In this document: in pieces, positions 1 to 12,110 of the stretch
How the letters are laid out: each line of letters begins with the position of its first letter
Position numbering within the stretch: the first letter of the stretch is position 1
Virus record (IMG/VR): IMGVR_UViG_3300031994_000020
Origin: a virus
Lineage: Duplodnaviria; Caudoviricetes
DNA: 64,000 nucleotides
Direction: 5' to 3' (one strand)
The notes under the pieces: generated by a model
The model's input: the letters and a program-made list of their open reading frames with translations, nothing else
The model's database searches: none
What the model was told of the DNA's origin: nothing
Translations under genes and position numbers: made by a program

Positions 1-1
1 C

Positions 2-1186
2 AAATGTCGTAAGACAATGGCGGCAGACACTAACTTTTATACCTATAAAGATGGAACGAAATGCGAATTATGCAAAGCATGCTTAACTATGCACATAAAT
101 AATTAGGAGCCGGAGACATTTCTTTGGCTTTTGGAAAAATTTGATGTTCCTTGGATTCCATCAGAATAGAATGTATTAAGAGATAGAGCTTATCAAAAAG
201 ACCCCCATAAGATGACCGGTATGTCTGTCTTTGGTAAGTATTTGTCTAAAATGAAATTAAAACAATAGAACAAATATACTTAGGCAGATACTGAAAGGCT
301 AAAAGCGGAAGCTGAAGAAAAAGCTAAAAAATATGGTATGCCTGATGAACAAGCGCAAGCTCAATTAGAAGAAATGAAAACTGCTTATGAAAATGGAGAA
401 ATTTCAGAAGCTCAATATAAAACATATGCAGAACAAAATGCACCAGAGCCAACACCCGAACCTGCGGCGGCTCCTCCTTCTGATGGATATGAGTATCCGG
501 TAAATTCTCCCTTTGAGGAAGTACCCATTGTAGATGTAGGTGCGGATCTTACTGATGAAGATAAAATTTACTTGGCTATGAAATAGGGAAGACTTTATAA
601 AGCATATGAATGGGTTGCGCTTGAGCAATTATATAAAGAGTTTATGGATTCATTTGATATTCAAGGTGCAGCAAGAATCGACACTCTTAAAATGATATGT
701 AAAACAAGTTTAAAAATGAATCAAGCAATAGATTGCGGGGACGTCGATTCGTACCAGAAGTTATCTAGAGTATATGATGCCATGATGAAATCCGCAAAAT
801 TCACAGAAGCTCAAAATAAAGAAGGTAAATCTGATTTTGTTGACTCTGTTGGTGAATTAGTTGCTTATTGTGAAAAGAATGGTGGACAAATTCCTAAACA
901 TGAAATTAAAGCTCCTTATGATATTGTTGATAAAATTATAAATGATTTAAAAGAATATAATAAGACTTTAATATATGAAGATAAATCATTAGCGGAAGAA
1001 ATTGAACAATATTTAAAGAATAAAGAAATTGCTGAGAATATGAAGAGAGATAGAGAAGCTGCACGAGAAAAAGGTCAAGATGAAGTTGAATTAACTGATG
1101 AAGATTATGAAAATTTTAAAAAAGCAATAGCAGAAGATAAAGAAAAAGATCAACAACTTGAAGCGGGAGGTGCTGATGAAGAATGA
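2..1186 (+). CDS. Putative terminase small subunit (5' truncated; N-terminal Cys cluster); 5 in-frame TAG read as Trp
   Basis: One frame from base 2 to TGA 1184-1186, with TAG at 104, 167, 266, 281, 584 and no TAA/TGA. Joins ORFs 338 and 644. ATGA overlap with terminase large gene. Function inferred from position. Confidence 0.6.
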
Positions 1187-2922
1187 GTTTACAAAATTTA
1201 TTAGACCTCTCAGAATCAAGATCAGTTAAACAAGGTCTTTCTGAAGAAAGATTAAAAGAACAAATTCCTCATTTGAGGAAATTAATCTCTTTTTATAGAG
1301 AATATCCTGATTATCTTGTTGATTTTATGAAAGGTCCAGATAGTACTTTTCAATTTTATTTTTATCAAAGAATATTTTTAAGAGTGGTAATGCGACATAG
1401 ATATGTTTATGCAACCTTCCCTCGTGCTTATAGTAAATCATTTTTAAGTATGATGGTTTTGATGCTTAGATGTATTCTTTATCCTAATAGTCAATTATTC
1501 GTAACGACGGGCGGAAAAGAGCAAGCTGCAAGTATCACAATAGCTAAGATAGAGGAGATATGTAAGCTGATTCCCGCACTTAATAATGAAATAAATTAGA
1601 ACCGCGGTGTTTCTAAAAAATCTAAAGATGATGTAAAATATGTATTTAAAAACGGTTCTTCTATTGATATACTTGCGGCAAGACAATCTTCCAGAGGTCA
1701 ACGTAGAACAGGTGGCCTTATGGAGGAATGCGTGCTTATAGACGGTGATATACTTAATGAAGTTATAATTCCTACTACAAACGTAGATAGATTACTACCG
1801 GATGGAAGTAGACATAAAGAAGAAAATGTAAATAAATCTCAAATATATATTACAACGGCGGGATAGAAAAATAGTTTTGCATATGATAAACTTGTGGAAC
1901 TTTTAGTCCAGAGTGTAATTGATCCAAATGAGGTTATGGTAATAGGTGGAACTTATGAGACACCAGTAACTGAAGGACTATTAGATGAGTCTTTTGTTGA
2001 TCAACTTAAAATACAAGGTACTTATAATGATGAATCTTTTGATCGTGAATATAGATCAATCTGGTCTGGTGATGTAGAAAATGCTTTTTATTCAGCAGAA
2101 AAATTTGATAAACATAGAGTATTATTACAGCCAGAGTATGAATATAGCGGAAGGTCCTCTAAATCAGCCTACTATGTAATTGGCGTAGACGTTGGTCGTA
2201 TTGGATGTACGACAGAGGCTTGTGTATTTAAATCAACACCTCAACCACAAGGTTCAGATCTTAAGACTCTTGTTAATATTTATACTTACGAATCAGAAGA
2301 TTTTGAAACACAAGCAGTTAATTTAAAAAAATTATATTATAAATACAAGGCGCGGGTGCTCTCTATAGACGCCAATGGTCTAGGTATTGGTCTCGTTGAT
2401 TTTATGACTAAAGCTCAAGTAGATCCAGAGACTGGTGATGATTTACCTCCATTTGGAGTTGAAGGCGGTACTTCAGAAGACGCTTCAGAGCTTTATAAAA
2501 ATATAAAAGGGTATGGAGTTGAAGAAAATGCCATGTATTTAATTAAAGCAAATGCTCCTATAAATACAGAAGCTTATTCTTATGCTCAAACACAAATGTC
2601 AAGCGGAAAGGTAAAGTTTCTTATTGATGAACAAGCTGCAAAGACTAAATTAATGAGTCAAAAACAAGGACAGACATTAAATGCAGATCAAAGAAATGAA
2701 TATCTTAAACCTTTCGTTTTAACTTCAATATTAAGAGAACAAATGTTAAATTTGGTACAGGATAATGAAGGTGTTAATATTATTTTAAAGCAAAATAATA
2801 AAAGTATTAGAAAGGATAAATTTTCTGCTTTTATTTATGGTTTGTATTATATAAAACAAGAGGAAGATAAAAAGAGAAAGAGAAAGAAAAGAGATATAAG
2901 TCAAATGTTATTTTTTAGTTAA
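1183..2922 (+). CDS. terL: Terminase large subunit (579 aa; TAG at 1597, 1864)
   Basis: Walker-A-like FPRAYSKSF, RGQRRTGGLMEE (Walker B region), YITTAG[TAG]K motif III, nuclease VIGVDVGR and KDKFSA. Fragments 1183 and 1894 are in one frame separated only by TAG. Confidence 0.9.
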
Positions 2923-2923
2923 C

Positions 2924-2970
2924 TTGGGCAGTGAAAATTAAGAGAAGTAAGATTAAATTGATATACAGTA
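2924..2970 (+). promoter_or_regulatory. Candidate late-promoter motif copy
   Basis: TTGGGCAG-N6-TTAA-N16-TTGATATAcagTA; matches 7 other intergenic copies. Confidence 0.5.
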
Positions 2971-2985
2971 TAAAGGAGATTGATT

Positions 2986-3342
2986 ATGAGAGCAAGCCGT
3001 GGTGAAATAAAGATAGAAGATATATTAACTGATGCGGGATTGGTATTTAAAGAAGAGTATAGTTTTTCAGATCTCGTATCAAGTAGCGGTAGACCACTCA
3101 GGTTCGATTTTGCAGTCTTTGATGATAATGGAGACTTAGATTTTTTAATTGAGTATCAAGGTATTCAACACTATCAAGCTAAATCTAAATTTGGTGGTTC
3201 AAAAGGTCTTTATAGACAAAAATATAATGATGCTCAAAAAAGACAATATTGTCAACAACATAATATAACTTTAGTTATTATTCCTTATTAGGATGAAAAT
3301 ATACTTGATTACGATTATATTATGAAAGCGGCAGGATATTAA
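2986..3342 (+). CDS. PD-(D/E)XK (Vsr/DUF559-like) endonuclease; TAG at 3289
   Basis: LRFDFAVF..IEYQGIQHY..IIPY[TAG]DE, matching the typical IPYW ending. AAGGAG RBS; TAA at 3340. Confidence 0.75.
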
Positions 3343-3363
3343 TCCTGTCGTTTCCTTTGTTGC

Positions 3364-3392
3364 TTGACAATTTAGAAAAAATATGTTATAAT
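3364..3392 (+). promoter_or_regulatory. SigA/sigma70-type promoter upstream of the portal gene
   Basis: TTGACA-17 nt-TATAAT with extended -10 TG. Confidence 0.8.
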
Positions 3393-3422
3393 AGAAATAT
3401 AGTGAGAAAAGGAGGTGTCTCT

Positions 3423-5042
3423 TTGCGTAATAGAATTAAAGAAAATCATATTAAAGATTTTAGTATGATGACACCAAGAGATACTAACCCTAATCAAACT
3501 TCTGGTTATCAAGGTATCCCCGCCATTGATTTTAATAAGATTAGGATTGGTGCGAAAACCCTTGATGATGCCATTCTTAAATTAGGTGATTTAAAGAAAG
3601 CTAATCCAAAATTAGCAGATAAAGGAACTATATTAAAAGCTATAACTAGTTATGATTTACAAACTATGAGAGAAGCATCTGATTTATTTTATAAAGTAAG
3701 TGGTATTTATTCTCGTATTATTAAATATATGGCTTTTATGTATCGCTATGATTGGATGATTACTCCTTTCGTTAATGATGAATCTGTTAAAAAAGAAAAA
3801 TTATTAAAAGGTTTTCAAAATGCTTTAAATATATTAGATAATTTTGGAGTAAAGAAAGCTTTTGGAGAAATTGCTAAAGAAGTACTTTTACATGGAGCTT
3901 ATTATGGTTATAAGGTAGATACAAAGGAAGGAATGTGTTTACAAGAACTTCCTGTAAATTATTGTAGAAGTAGATTTAATCAAGGCAAAAGACCGGCAGT
4001 TGAGTTCAATATGAAATTTTTTGATGAACAGTTTAGAGATGCCGCACAGAAGATGAAAGTATTAAAAATGTTTCCAGATGAATTTTCAAAAGGTTATATT
4101 TTATATAAGCAAAATAAATTACCTCCTGAATTCATGGGTGATACAAGTGGTTAGTATTTATTAGATCCAAATAAGACTGTTAAATTTAATATTGCGGGAG
4201 ACGATTATCCTCCATTTATAGCAGTCATTCCTTTATTAATTGATTTGGATGAAGCACAGGCATTAGACAGAAAGAAAACTTTACAAAGATTATTAAAGAT
4301 AGTAATTCAGAAGATGCCGTTAGATAAAAATGGTGAATTAATATTTGATGTGGATGAAGCTCAACAGCTTCATAATAATGCTGTTCAGATGTTAAGTAGA
4401 GCAATTGGTGTGGATGTCTTAACTACATTTGCAGATGTTGATGTAGCTAGTATGACCGAAAATCAGGCATCTGCGCAGACAGATGATTTAGCAAGAGTTG
4501 AAAGACAAGTTTTTAATGAAGCTGGTTTATCTCAGATGCAATTTAATACTGATGGAAACATAGCATTAGAGAAGTCTATATTAAATGATGAATCAAGTAT
4601 TTATAATATGATTCTTCAGTTTGAGCAATTTTTAAATGAGCTTATTGAACCATGTAATATGGGTAAGAAAGCTCAATTTAAAGCACAGATATTAAGCACT
4701 ACAATTTATAATTATAAAGAGTTATCTAAATTATATAAAGAACAAATGCAAATTGGTTTCTCAAAGATGTTACCTCAAATTGCACTTGGTCAATCACAAA
4801 GTAGTATTCTTGCTAATGCATACTTTGAAAATGATATACTTGATCTGGTTAATGTATTTATACCTCCTTTAATGAGTTCTACTATGAATGAAAATATTCT
4901 TAATAGAGTTAAAGGCGGGAACCCAGGCACTGGGAGTCCATCAACTAACCCTGGTAAGGAACAGGAAGGCGCCGGCCGCAAGGAATTACCAGATGATCAA
5001 AAGTCAACAAAGACTATTCAAAATAGAGAGAGCATGAATTAA
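3423..5042 (+). CDS. Portal protein (TTG start; TAG at 4152)
   Basis: GGAGGTG RBS. Fragments 3357 and 4245 are in frame (SG[TAG]YLLDP). About 540 aa, located between terminase and protease. Confidence 0.75.
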
Positions 5043-5055
5043 GGAGGATATAGTA

Positions 5056-6405
5056 ATGGCACGAATGAGTGTTGCAACGATAGATTCTCCGGAGTTTATT
5101 AATATTACTTCTATTAATCCTCTTGTTTCTAAATGTGAGATAAAAGTTCTTTATGTTGGAGAGAATAGAAATAGAAGTTTTATTTCAAAAGAAGTAGCTA
5201 CTGAAATGGCGCAGACTTTACCTGGATGTCCTATTGTTGGCTACTATATTGAAAATAAAGAAGACTTTGGAGATCATGGTGACCAAATGATTATTGATGG
5301 TGAGGGTATTAAATTTAATAAGCTCACTAAACCTTATGGATTTGTTGCTCCTGATAGTAAAATATAGTTCCAAAAGTTTGAAGATACTGATGAATTTGGA
5401 AATACTGTTATTAGAGATTATTTAATGACAGAAGGGTATATTTAGACTGGACAGTTTGAAGAGTGTCAGAGAGTTGTCGATAAAGGAAATCCGCAATCTA
5501 TGGAACTTGATGAAAAAACTTTAAAGGGTCATTGGTCAACTGATAATAATCGTGGCATTGATTTTTTCATTATAAATGACGCGATATTTTCTAAGTTATG
5601 TATTTTAGGAGAGGACGTTGAACCTTGTTTTGAAGGTGCTTCAGTTTCTGCTCCTCAAGTAAGTTCTCATTTTAGTATGGATAATGAATTTACAGCTACT
5701 TTATCATCAATGATAAAAGAATTAAAAGAACTTACTTTTGCATTACAAAATAAAGGAGGAAATTCAATGGACGGTATGGAGAACACAACACCAGTAGTTG
5801 AAGAACAAGCTATTGAAGTACCTGCCGCAGAAGAAGTTGCTACAGAAAATTTTTCTGCTGAAGAGGACAAAGTAAGTTCAGAAACTATAGTTGAAAATCA
5901 AAATACAGTAGAAGAGTTCGAAAAGAAAGAAGAACCTGAAGAGGAAAAGAAAGAAGAGTCTGAAGAGAAAGAAAAAGAAGAAGATGATGAAGAGGAAAAA
6001 GAGCCTAAGAAAAATCATTCTTTAGAAGATGAATTTGCTTTAGTAAAAGAAGAACTTGACGAACTCAAGAATCAGTATTCACTTTTACAGAAAGAAAATG
6101 AAGAACTTATTAAGTTTAAGAACTCTGTAGAAGATGAAAAGAAAGATGCTCTTATAAATTCTTTCTATATGCTTTCTGATGAAGACAAGAAAGAAGTTAT
6201 TGAGAATAAATCTAAATATTCTTTAGATGATATTGAAGCTAAACTTTCTGTTATTTGCGTAAGAAAGAGAGTTAATTTCAATAATGAAGAAGTAAAAACA
6301 GAAGAACAGCCTGCTCTTATTTACAATTTTAATGCGGCAGAAGAAGTTGATGCACTTCCTGCATGGTTAAAGGCTGTTGAAGCTAAACGAAACAATAATA
6401 ATTAA
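5056..6405 (+). CDS. Prohead protease-scaffold fusion (449 aa; TAG at 5365, 5443)
   Basis: NRNRSFI, PIVG, EGYI[TAG]TGQ, QSMEL, LCILGEDVEPCFEGA, then an acidic coiled-coil C-terminus. Lies just before the capsid genes. Confidence 0.75.
5767..6405 (+). CDS. Probable nested scaffold protein (internal in-frame start)
   Basis: AAAGGAGG RBS immediately upstream of in-frame ATG 5767; E/K-rich product with no TAG. Confidence 0.55.
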   Translation: MDGMENTTPVVEEQAIEVPAAEEVATENFSAEEDKVSSETIVENQNTVEEFEKKEEPEEEKKEESEEKEKEEDDEEEKEPKKNHSLEDEFALVKEELDELKNQYSLLQKENEELIKFKNSVEDEKKDALINSFYMLSDEDKKEVIENKSKYSLDDIEAKLSVICVRKRVNFNNEEVKTEEQPALIYNFNAAEEVDALPAWLKAVEAKRNNNN

Positions 6406-6418
6406 GGAGGAATATACA

Positions 6419-7114
6419 ATGGCATTTACAAGAGTCGGATATGGTCAAGTAGAGCCTAATCAACTTTCTGCTCAGAAAACTGGCCAGATTTATGCTAGTC
6501 TCCCTCTTGATCCTACTGTTAACGTACTTCAGAATGGTGAATTCATGTATTATGATTATGCCACTGGTAAAGTAACAGCAGATGATTCAACAGGTGTGGC
6601 AGAGCCTATGCTCGTATTCAATGAAATAAAACTTTATGAACCTTTCTGGAGACGTTCTTATAAAGATTTTGCAATGATTAGAGTTGGTGACAATTATGTT
6701 ACTTCTGATCTTGCAGTTAATGGACCTATCGAAGGAAAATATGGTGATGGCGCTTTAACAACAGGCGTTGTTCCTACAGCAAATTACATGGATGATCAGA
6801 CACCTCCAGTACAGCAAACACTCACCGGTCATACTGAGTATCCTTATCGAATGGATGGTATCGCACCTCGTCTTTTCAAGACAAATGTAGGTGATATTTA
6901 TACTACTAATATGGTTAAAGCTGGTGCTAATGTAACTTATGCTGTTGGTGCATTACTTGTACCTGTTAAAAATACAACTTCAAAGACACTTGTTCTTGAA
7001 GAGTTCGTACCTGCTCAGACAGGCGATAAGCCTACTGGTATGGCATGGGTTGTTGTTAAAGTTTACACAATGCCTGATGGTCAAGATGCTGTTAAGCTTC
7101 AGAGAGTACAATAA
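6419..7114 (+). CDS. Capsid decoration/cement-like structural protein
   Basis: AAGGAGG RBS; lies between scaffold and major capsid; no TAG. Confidence 0.6.
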   Translation: MAFTRVGYGQVEPNQLSAQKTGQIYASLPLDPTVNVLQNGEFMYYDYATGKVTADDSTGVAEPMLVFNEIKLYEPFWRRSYKDFAMIRVGDNYVTSDLAVNGPIEGKYGDGALTTGVVPTANYMDDQTPPVQQTLTGHTEYPYRMDGIAPRLFKTNVGDIYTTNMVKAGANVTYAVGALLVPVKNTTSKTLVLEEFVPAQTGDKPTGMAWVVVKVYTMPDGQDAVKLQRVQ

Positions 7115-7133
7115 TTAATAGGAGGATAAGAAA

Positions 7134-8165
7134 ATGGCTTTAGAATTTAAAGATGTATTAGCATTAGCTAAAACCGTAGCCAAGGCTAATTCTTCTGCTC
7201 CTACTGCGTACAGCTTTGGAGATAAGAAATATAGCTATAATGAGTTACAGGAAACTTTAAGAGATGAGTTCAAGGAAATCGCTGGAACTTATTCACTTTA
7301 TAGAGAAAATAAGAATACTGTATTTGCTCTTTTAGAGCAGACAATTGACGATGTATTACCCGCAAGAGTTCTTGAACAATATGGTCAGTTCGCTGAAATC
7401 AAGACTTTCGCACAGGGTGACAAGCCTATCTTCACACAGAAGATAACAACCGCTTCAAGAAGACGTGCAAGACAGTTTATCGGAAAAGTTGGTCTTGCTG
7501 GTTTATACGAAGTATTCAAGCTTGATGGAACTAGCTACGAAGTAACAACCAATGCAATTGGTGGTGCTGCGCAGATCGGTTTTGAAGAGTGGATGGATGG
7601 TCGTGTAGATTTCGCAGACGTTCTTGATATAGTAATGGAAGGTCTTGATTCTTGCATCTATGTTGAGATTGAGAAGCAGTTATTAGGTGCTGTAGGTATT
7701 ATGCAGGCAGCAAATAAGAGATCTGTAGCTGGTTGGAGTGAGACCGATATGGACGCTTTAATCTCCATCGCTGATTCTTATGGAAAATCTGCTATTTACT
7801 GTACATATGAATTTGCAGCAACTATGGTTCCTGCTCAGGGCTGGGTTTCTGATGAAATGAGAAATCAGAAGTGGAATAATGGTTATATCGCTAACTATAA
7901 GGGTCATACAGTAATTGTTCTTCCTCAGTCATATGAAGATGAAACAAATAAGGTAAAGGTTATCGATCCTAGTTTCGCATACATTATTCCTGTTGGTGCT
8001 GAAAAACCTGTTAAGATTGCATTAGAAGGACAGACAATCGTTGATGAATACACCAATTATGATAGATCAAGAGAAGTACAGATCTATAAGAAGATCGGTG
8101 TAAGAGCTATCTTTTCTAACGCTATCTGTGTATATCAGAACACAACATTAAAACGTGGTATTTGA
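7134..8165 (+). CDS. Major capsid protein
   Basis: 343 aa, strong RBS, position after protease/scaffold, followed by a terminator. All 4 Trp are TGG. Confidence 0.8.
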   Translation: MALEFKDVLALAKTVAKANSSAPTAYSFGDKKYSYNELQETLRDEFKEIAGTYSLYRENKNTVFALLEQTIDDVLPARVLEQYGQFAEIKTFAQGDKPIFTQKITTASRRRARQFIGKVGLAGLYEVFKLDGTSYEVTTNAIGGAAQIGFEEWMDGRVDFADVLDIVMEGLDSCIYVEIEKQLLGAVGIMQAANKRSVAGWSETDMDALISIADSYGKSAIYCTYEFAATMVPAQGWVSDEMRNQKWNNGYIANYKGHTVIVLPQSYEDETNKVKVIDPSFAYIIPVGAEKPVKIALEGQTIVDEYTNYDRSREVQIYKKIGVRAIFSNAICVYQNTTLKRGI

Positions 8166-8190
8166 TAATTAATTGCTTTAAAATAAAATA

Positions 8191-8224
8191 TGGGGAAGAT
8201 GGATCAATCTTCCCCAATATTTTT
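8191..8224 (+). terminator. Rho-independent terminator
   Basis: TGGGGAAGAT/ATCTTCCCCA stem plus T-rich tail. Confidence 0.7.
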
Positions 8225-8251
8225 ATATAAGAGGTAAAAGGAGATAAGTTT

Positions 8252-8857
8252 ATGAAAGATATAAATAGTGGTTTAATTTCCGTTAAAAATAGAAATAATG
8301 GAACAACAGTTTATAAAATCCCAGATAAAAATATAGTAAGAACTTTTGCTCCAGGTGAAACAAAGCAGATTTCTTTAGATGAATTAAAAGAACTTCAGTG
8401 GATTCCTGGCGGTGAATATTTACTTAAAAATCTTTTAATTGTTGATAATAAGGTAGCATTAGATGCTCTTAATATGAAAGTAGAACCAGAATATTTCTAT
8501 ACTGAAGATGATATTAGAAAACTTCTCACAGGTATGGATAATATGGATGAATTTCTTGATTTTCTTGATTTTGCAACTGAAGGTGCTATTGATATAGCAA
8601 AAGATATTGCTGTAAAGGAAAGAATTCCCGATTCAAGAAAGAGAGAGGCTCTTTCAGCAAAAACTGGTTTTAATATAGATAGTGCAATAAATATGGACAA
8701 ACTCTTTGAAGAAGAAGAGAATAAGCCTGAGCCAGAAAAGAAGGAACGCAGAGTAAAGGTGGCAGATGCTAAAGAAGAAGAAGCTCCTAAGAGAAGAGTT
8801 GCTATTTCTGAAAAAAGTGCGGAAACCGCATCTAAGTATAAAATAATTTCTAAATAA
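8252..8857 (+). CDS. Hypothetical head-associated protein
   Basis: Intact ORF with AAGGAG RBS. Confidence 0.6.
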   Translation: MKDINSGLISVKNRNNGTTVYKIPDKNIVRTFAPGETKQISLDELKELQWIPGGEYLLKNLLIVDNKVALDALNMKVEPEYFYTEDDIRKLLTGMDNMDEFLDFLDFATEGAIDIAKDIAVKERIPDSRKREALSAKTGFNIDSAINMDKLFEEEENKPEPEKKERRVKVADAKEEEAPKRRVAISEKSAETASKYKIISK

Positions 8858-8881
8858 TATTAGAAGAAAGTGAGGTGCCGA

Positions 8882-9487
8882 ATGAGTAGAATAAAAGCTC
8901 CCACCTCATTTGTAACCATATATGATAGTTTCTTTGCAAGAGTAACTGATGATATGTATATGGAGATAACTGAACTTGAAACGTTAGAAATGTTACAAGA
9001 CCTTTTATTAAATGCTATTTCTAGATTTGAATTTCCTAGAGTAGATATATTCGATTATGAAGAAGGTCATTAGGAAGATATGGGTACTTATAAAGGCGTT
9101 GAAAGTGAAAATAAAAAAGTGCCAGCTACCGGATAGGTAGGTGGCTTTTTTAATTATCTTCTGACTGATGAAGAAATTAATATTCTTGCTTTAAATATGG
9201 TTATAGAATGGTTAGGACAGCAATTAGATACTACTGAAAATTCAAGAATGAAATATAGTGGTTCTGATTTTAAATTTACTTCTCAAGCTAATCATATGGC
9301 TAAATTAAAAGTTCTTATAGATGCACATAAACAAGATTGTGTTCATTTACAGAGAATTTACAAGAGAAGAGTATTTACTGAAAATGGTGCCCAATCCACC
9401 ATGGGTCAGATTGTCTCTCGCCCTGATTATGGAGTAGACAAAATTAATAGAATAGGTTGGTATTCTAAACGTGGTATTAAAATATGA
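8882..9487 (+). CDS. Putative head-tail adaptor (TAG at 9071, 9134)
   Basis: GAGGTG RBS. Fragments 8870 and 9197 are in frame. SDFKFTSQANH motif; position in the neck module. Confidence 0.6.
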
Positions 9488-9782
9488 TTTAGAATTTGAT
9501 AATGATACTATAAAGAAAAGTCTTGATAGAATCACAAATCAAATTTTTAAATTATTACCAAGTAGAGAAGAAGGCGGCGATTGGTTAACGCCACTTCAAA
9601 ACTTGATATATGAAATTATTGGTATGAAAGCACTTTGGGTCGATCAAACAAATTTGTTTTCTTTATTATGTAAATTAGAAGCCTTATTAACATTAACAGA
9701 TGAAAATGATTTTCTTATTTTTAGAAAACTTATTTTTGAATGTTTAGGGCTTGTAACTCAAATAAAAAAATGTCTGGATTAA
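9471..9782 (+). CDS. Hypothetical neck-region protein
   Basis: Intact ORF overlapping both neighbours. Confidence 0.55.
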   Translation: MVLKYDLEFDNDTIKKSLDRITNQIFKLLPSREEGGDWLTPLQNLIYEIIGMKALWVDQTNLFSLLCKLEALLTLTDENDFLIFRKLIFECLGLVTQIKKCLD

Positions 9783-10726
9783 GTAATATGTTATTAAGAG
9801 CCGGTTATAAAGGTTATGACAGGGCGGATGATCGTAACGTCACTGGTAAGTTTAAATCTTTTTTAGCTGCTTTAAAAAATTCATACCAAGCGGAATGGAT
9901 TACCTTAAATAAAGGTGAAGAAAATGAACAAAGATAGAGATGTTTAATAAATCCTTCCCGCTTAACAGAGCAATTTGATAAAAAAGTTATTTCAATAGAG
10001 TTTGAATCTGGGTTAGAAGAAGGTTCAGTATTTTATTAGGATAGAACCAACAGATATTGGATTGTTAATCTTCAACAGCATACAGAGGAAGCTTACTTTA
10101 GAGGTACTATAACAAGAGCTGATGGCATTATAGAAGTTGATGACCATCCATATTGGGTTAGTGTGCGCGGACCTGTTGAAACTGAGACGATATAGAATCA
10201 GAAGCATGGTATTACATAGAATGATCTTAATTACTCTATGGTAATTCAAATTGCTAAGGATAGTAGGACAGTACCTTATTTTTCAAGGCATAAAGTTATT
10301 AAAATGAGATTATCTTATCCTGATGCGGAAACTGGAGAACCTTTAGAAGAATGGCATAATTAGAAAGTGGTTGCCACTGATAAATATTCTGAAGAGAAAG
10401 TTATGCAAGTATATCTTGATGAATAGTATGATAATGAGGCGGAAGATGCCATGATCCCAGAAGAGGAGACAGTACCTGATCTTATGGCTCCACATATCGA
10501 GGGTCCCGCAGATGCACATGTTTATGATGAAAATTTAGTCTTTTCTATTGTTGGTTTAAACAGTGGAGAATTTGTAGTTAACTCTGATAAAGTTAAAATT
10601 ACAAAAATGACTGATACTTCATGTACTTTAGATATTTTAGCAGGAAAATCTTTCAGTTTTAATTTGTCTTATAAGACGCAGGATGGAACTACAGTTGATA
10701 AAGTAATAACTGTAAAATCATTTTAA
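9770..10726 (+). CDS. Putative head-closure/neck protein (6 TAG)
   Basis: Continuous frame from ATG 9770 to TAA 10724, interrupted only by TAG. Confidence 0.6.
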
Positions 10727-10752
10727 TTAAAGGAGATACAAGGAGGGATAAT

Positions 10753-11337
10753 ATGAGAGGTTCAAGAATGAATGGTTATCAAGGAGAATTCCAATCTTCT
10801 TTTCTCTCTTGTGAAAAAGATACAGAGACGATTATAAAGAAGTTATTTGTTGAAAGTCGTCCTTATAGTGATTTATTAAAAAGATTGCTTTTGATAAATA
10901 CTAAAGATTGCCTATATGATATGACTAATCCTAAATATATAGATATTATAAAAAATACTTCGGTGCAAGATTTACATGATAAAGGTTATGTTAGACTTAG
11001 CCCTAAAATTTTATTGGGTGAAAATGAAGAAGTTAAATCTTATATAAGAATTTCTTATGACCATTTTACTCCTTCAAGAAATTTACAATTTAGAGATTGT
11101 ATTGTAGAGATAGATATAATTTGTCATCCTGAATATTGGGATTTGGGCAATTATAGACAAAGGCCTATAAAGATTGCGGGATTTATTGATGGTATTTTAA
11201 ATAATAGTAAATTATCTGGAATAGGTACTCTTCAATTTGCGGGATGCAATGAAATCATATTAGATGAAAATTTAGCTGGCTATTGTTTAATGTATACAGC
11301 TACTCATGGTAGTGATGATATAATTGAGGAGGAGTAA
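10753..11337 (+). CDS. Putative tail terminator/completion protein
   Basis: IDIICHPEYW..RPIKIAGFIDGILN..GIGTL; position before the major tail gene. Confidence 0.5.
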   Translation: MRGSRMNGYQGEFQSSFLSCEKDTETIIKKLFVESRPYSDLLKRLLLINTKDCLYDMTNPKYIDIIKNTSVQDLHDKGYVRLSPKILLGENEEVKSYIRISYDHFTPSRNLQFRDCIVEIDIICHPEYWDLGNYRQRPIKIAGFIDGILNNSKLSGIGTLQFAGCNEIILDENLAGYCLMYTATHGSDDIIEEE

Positions 11338-11340
11338 TTT

Positions 11341-12075
11341 ATGGAGGTCGATGAATTATTATTACAAACTGGTGCGGATATACCTTTTGCCCAGGCGCGG
11401 TTAACAATTCATCAACCACTTTTGAAAGAAATTGCTTTTATGGGGGAGAGTAATTTTCATATAGGTAGTCAATTTTTGTTGTTTGATAAAAATAATTTAT
11501 CTGACAAGGACAAGGTTGGTTTAGAAAATCAAAGCAATTTTAATATATTTATGTCAGTAATGCATAGTCATGAAAAGGCTATACATAAGACATGCGCTTT
11601 GATGATTTTAGCTTTACTTTTTCCAGAAGCTAAAATGAAAGTTGAAGCAGATAAAATACTTCTTCAACTAGAACAATTTTCATCAAGTATAAATGAACAA
11701 AATTTTGTGGATTTCCAAAGTATTATAAAGCAAATATTTTGTTTAGGAGATAAAGGAGATTCTAGTAATTATGATCCCGCGGATGCGCTTGCCGCACGAA
11801 TAGCTAATAAGATAAAAAAAGGTAAAGAAAAGTTAGCAGAAAAAAAAGGTATTGATATTACCAAAATTTCTATTTATAGTAAATATATAAGTATATTAGC
11901 GGTGGGATTAAATAAAGATAAAAATGAATTATCTAATTATACTGTTTATCAGTTAATGGATGAATTCGAGAGATTTCAACGTTATCAAAGTTTTGATATT
12001 TATATTAAGGCAAAGATGGCTGGAGCTCAAGACTTAGAAGAAGTAGATAATTGGATGGGTGATTTACATTCTTAA
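11341..12075 (+). CDS. Hypothetical tail-assembly protein
   Basis: Intact ORF with GGAGG RBS; C-terminal YTVYQL..F.R..AGA..W pattern. Confidence 0.5.
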   Translation: MEVDELLLQTGADIPFAQARLTIHQPLLKEIAFMGESNFHIGSQFLLFDKNNLSDKDKVGLENQSNFNIFMSVMHSHEKAIHKTCALMILALLFPEAKMKVEADKILLQLEQFSSSINEQNFVDFQSIIKQIFCLGDKGDSSNYDPADALAARIANKIKKGKEKLAEKKGIDITKISIYSKYISILAVGLNKDKNELSNYTVYQLMDEFERFQRYQSFDIYIKAKMAGAQDLEEVDNWMGDLHS

Positions 12076-12110
12076 CCAATTTAGCTAAATTTATTAAGGA
12101 GGAAAAAATA

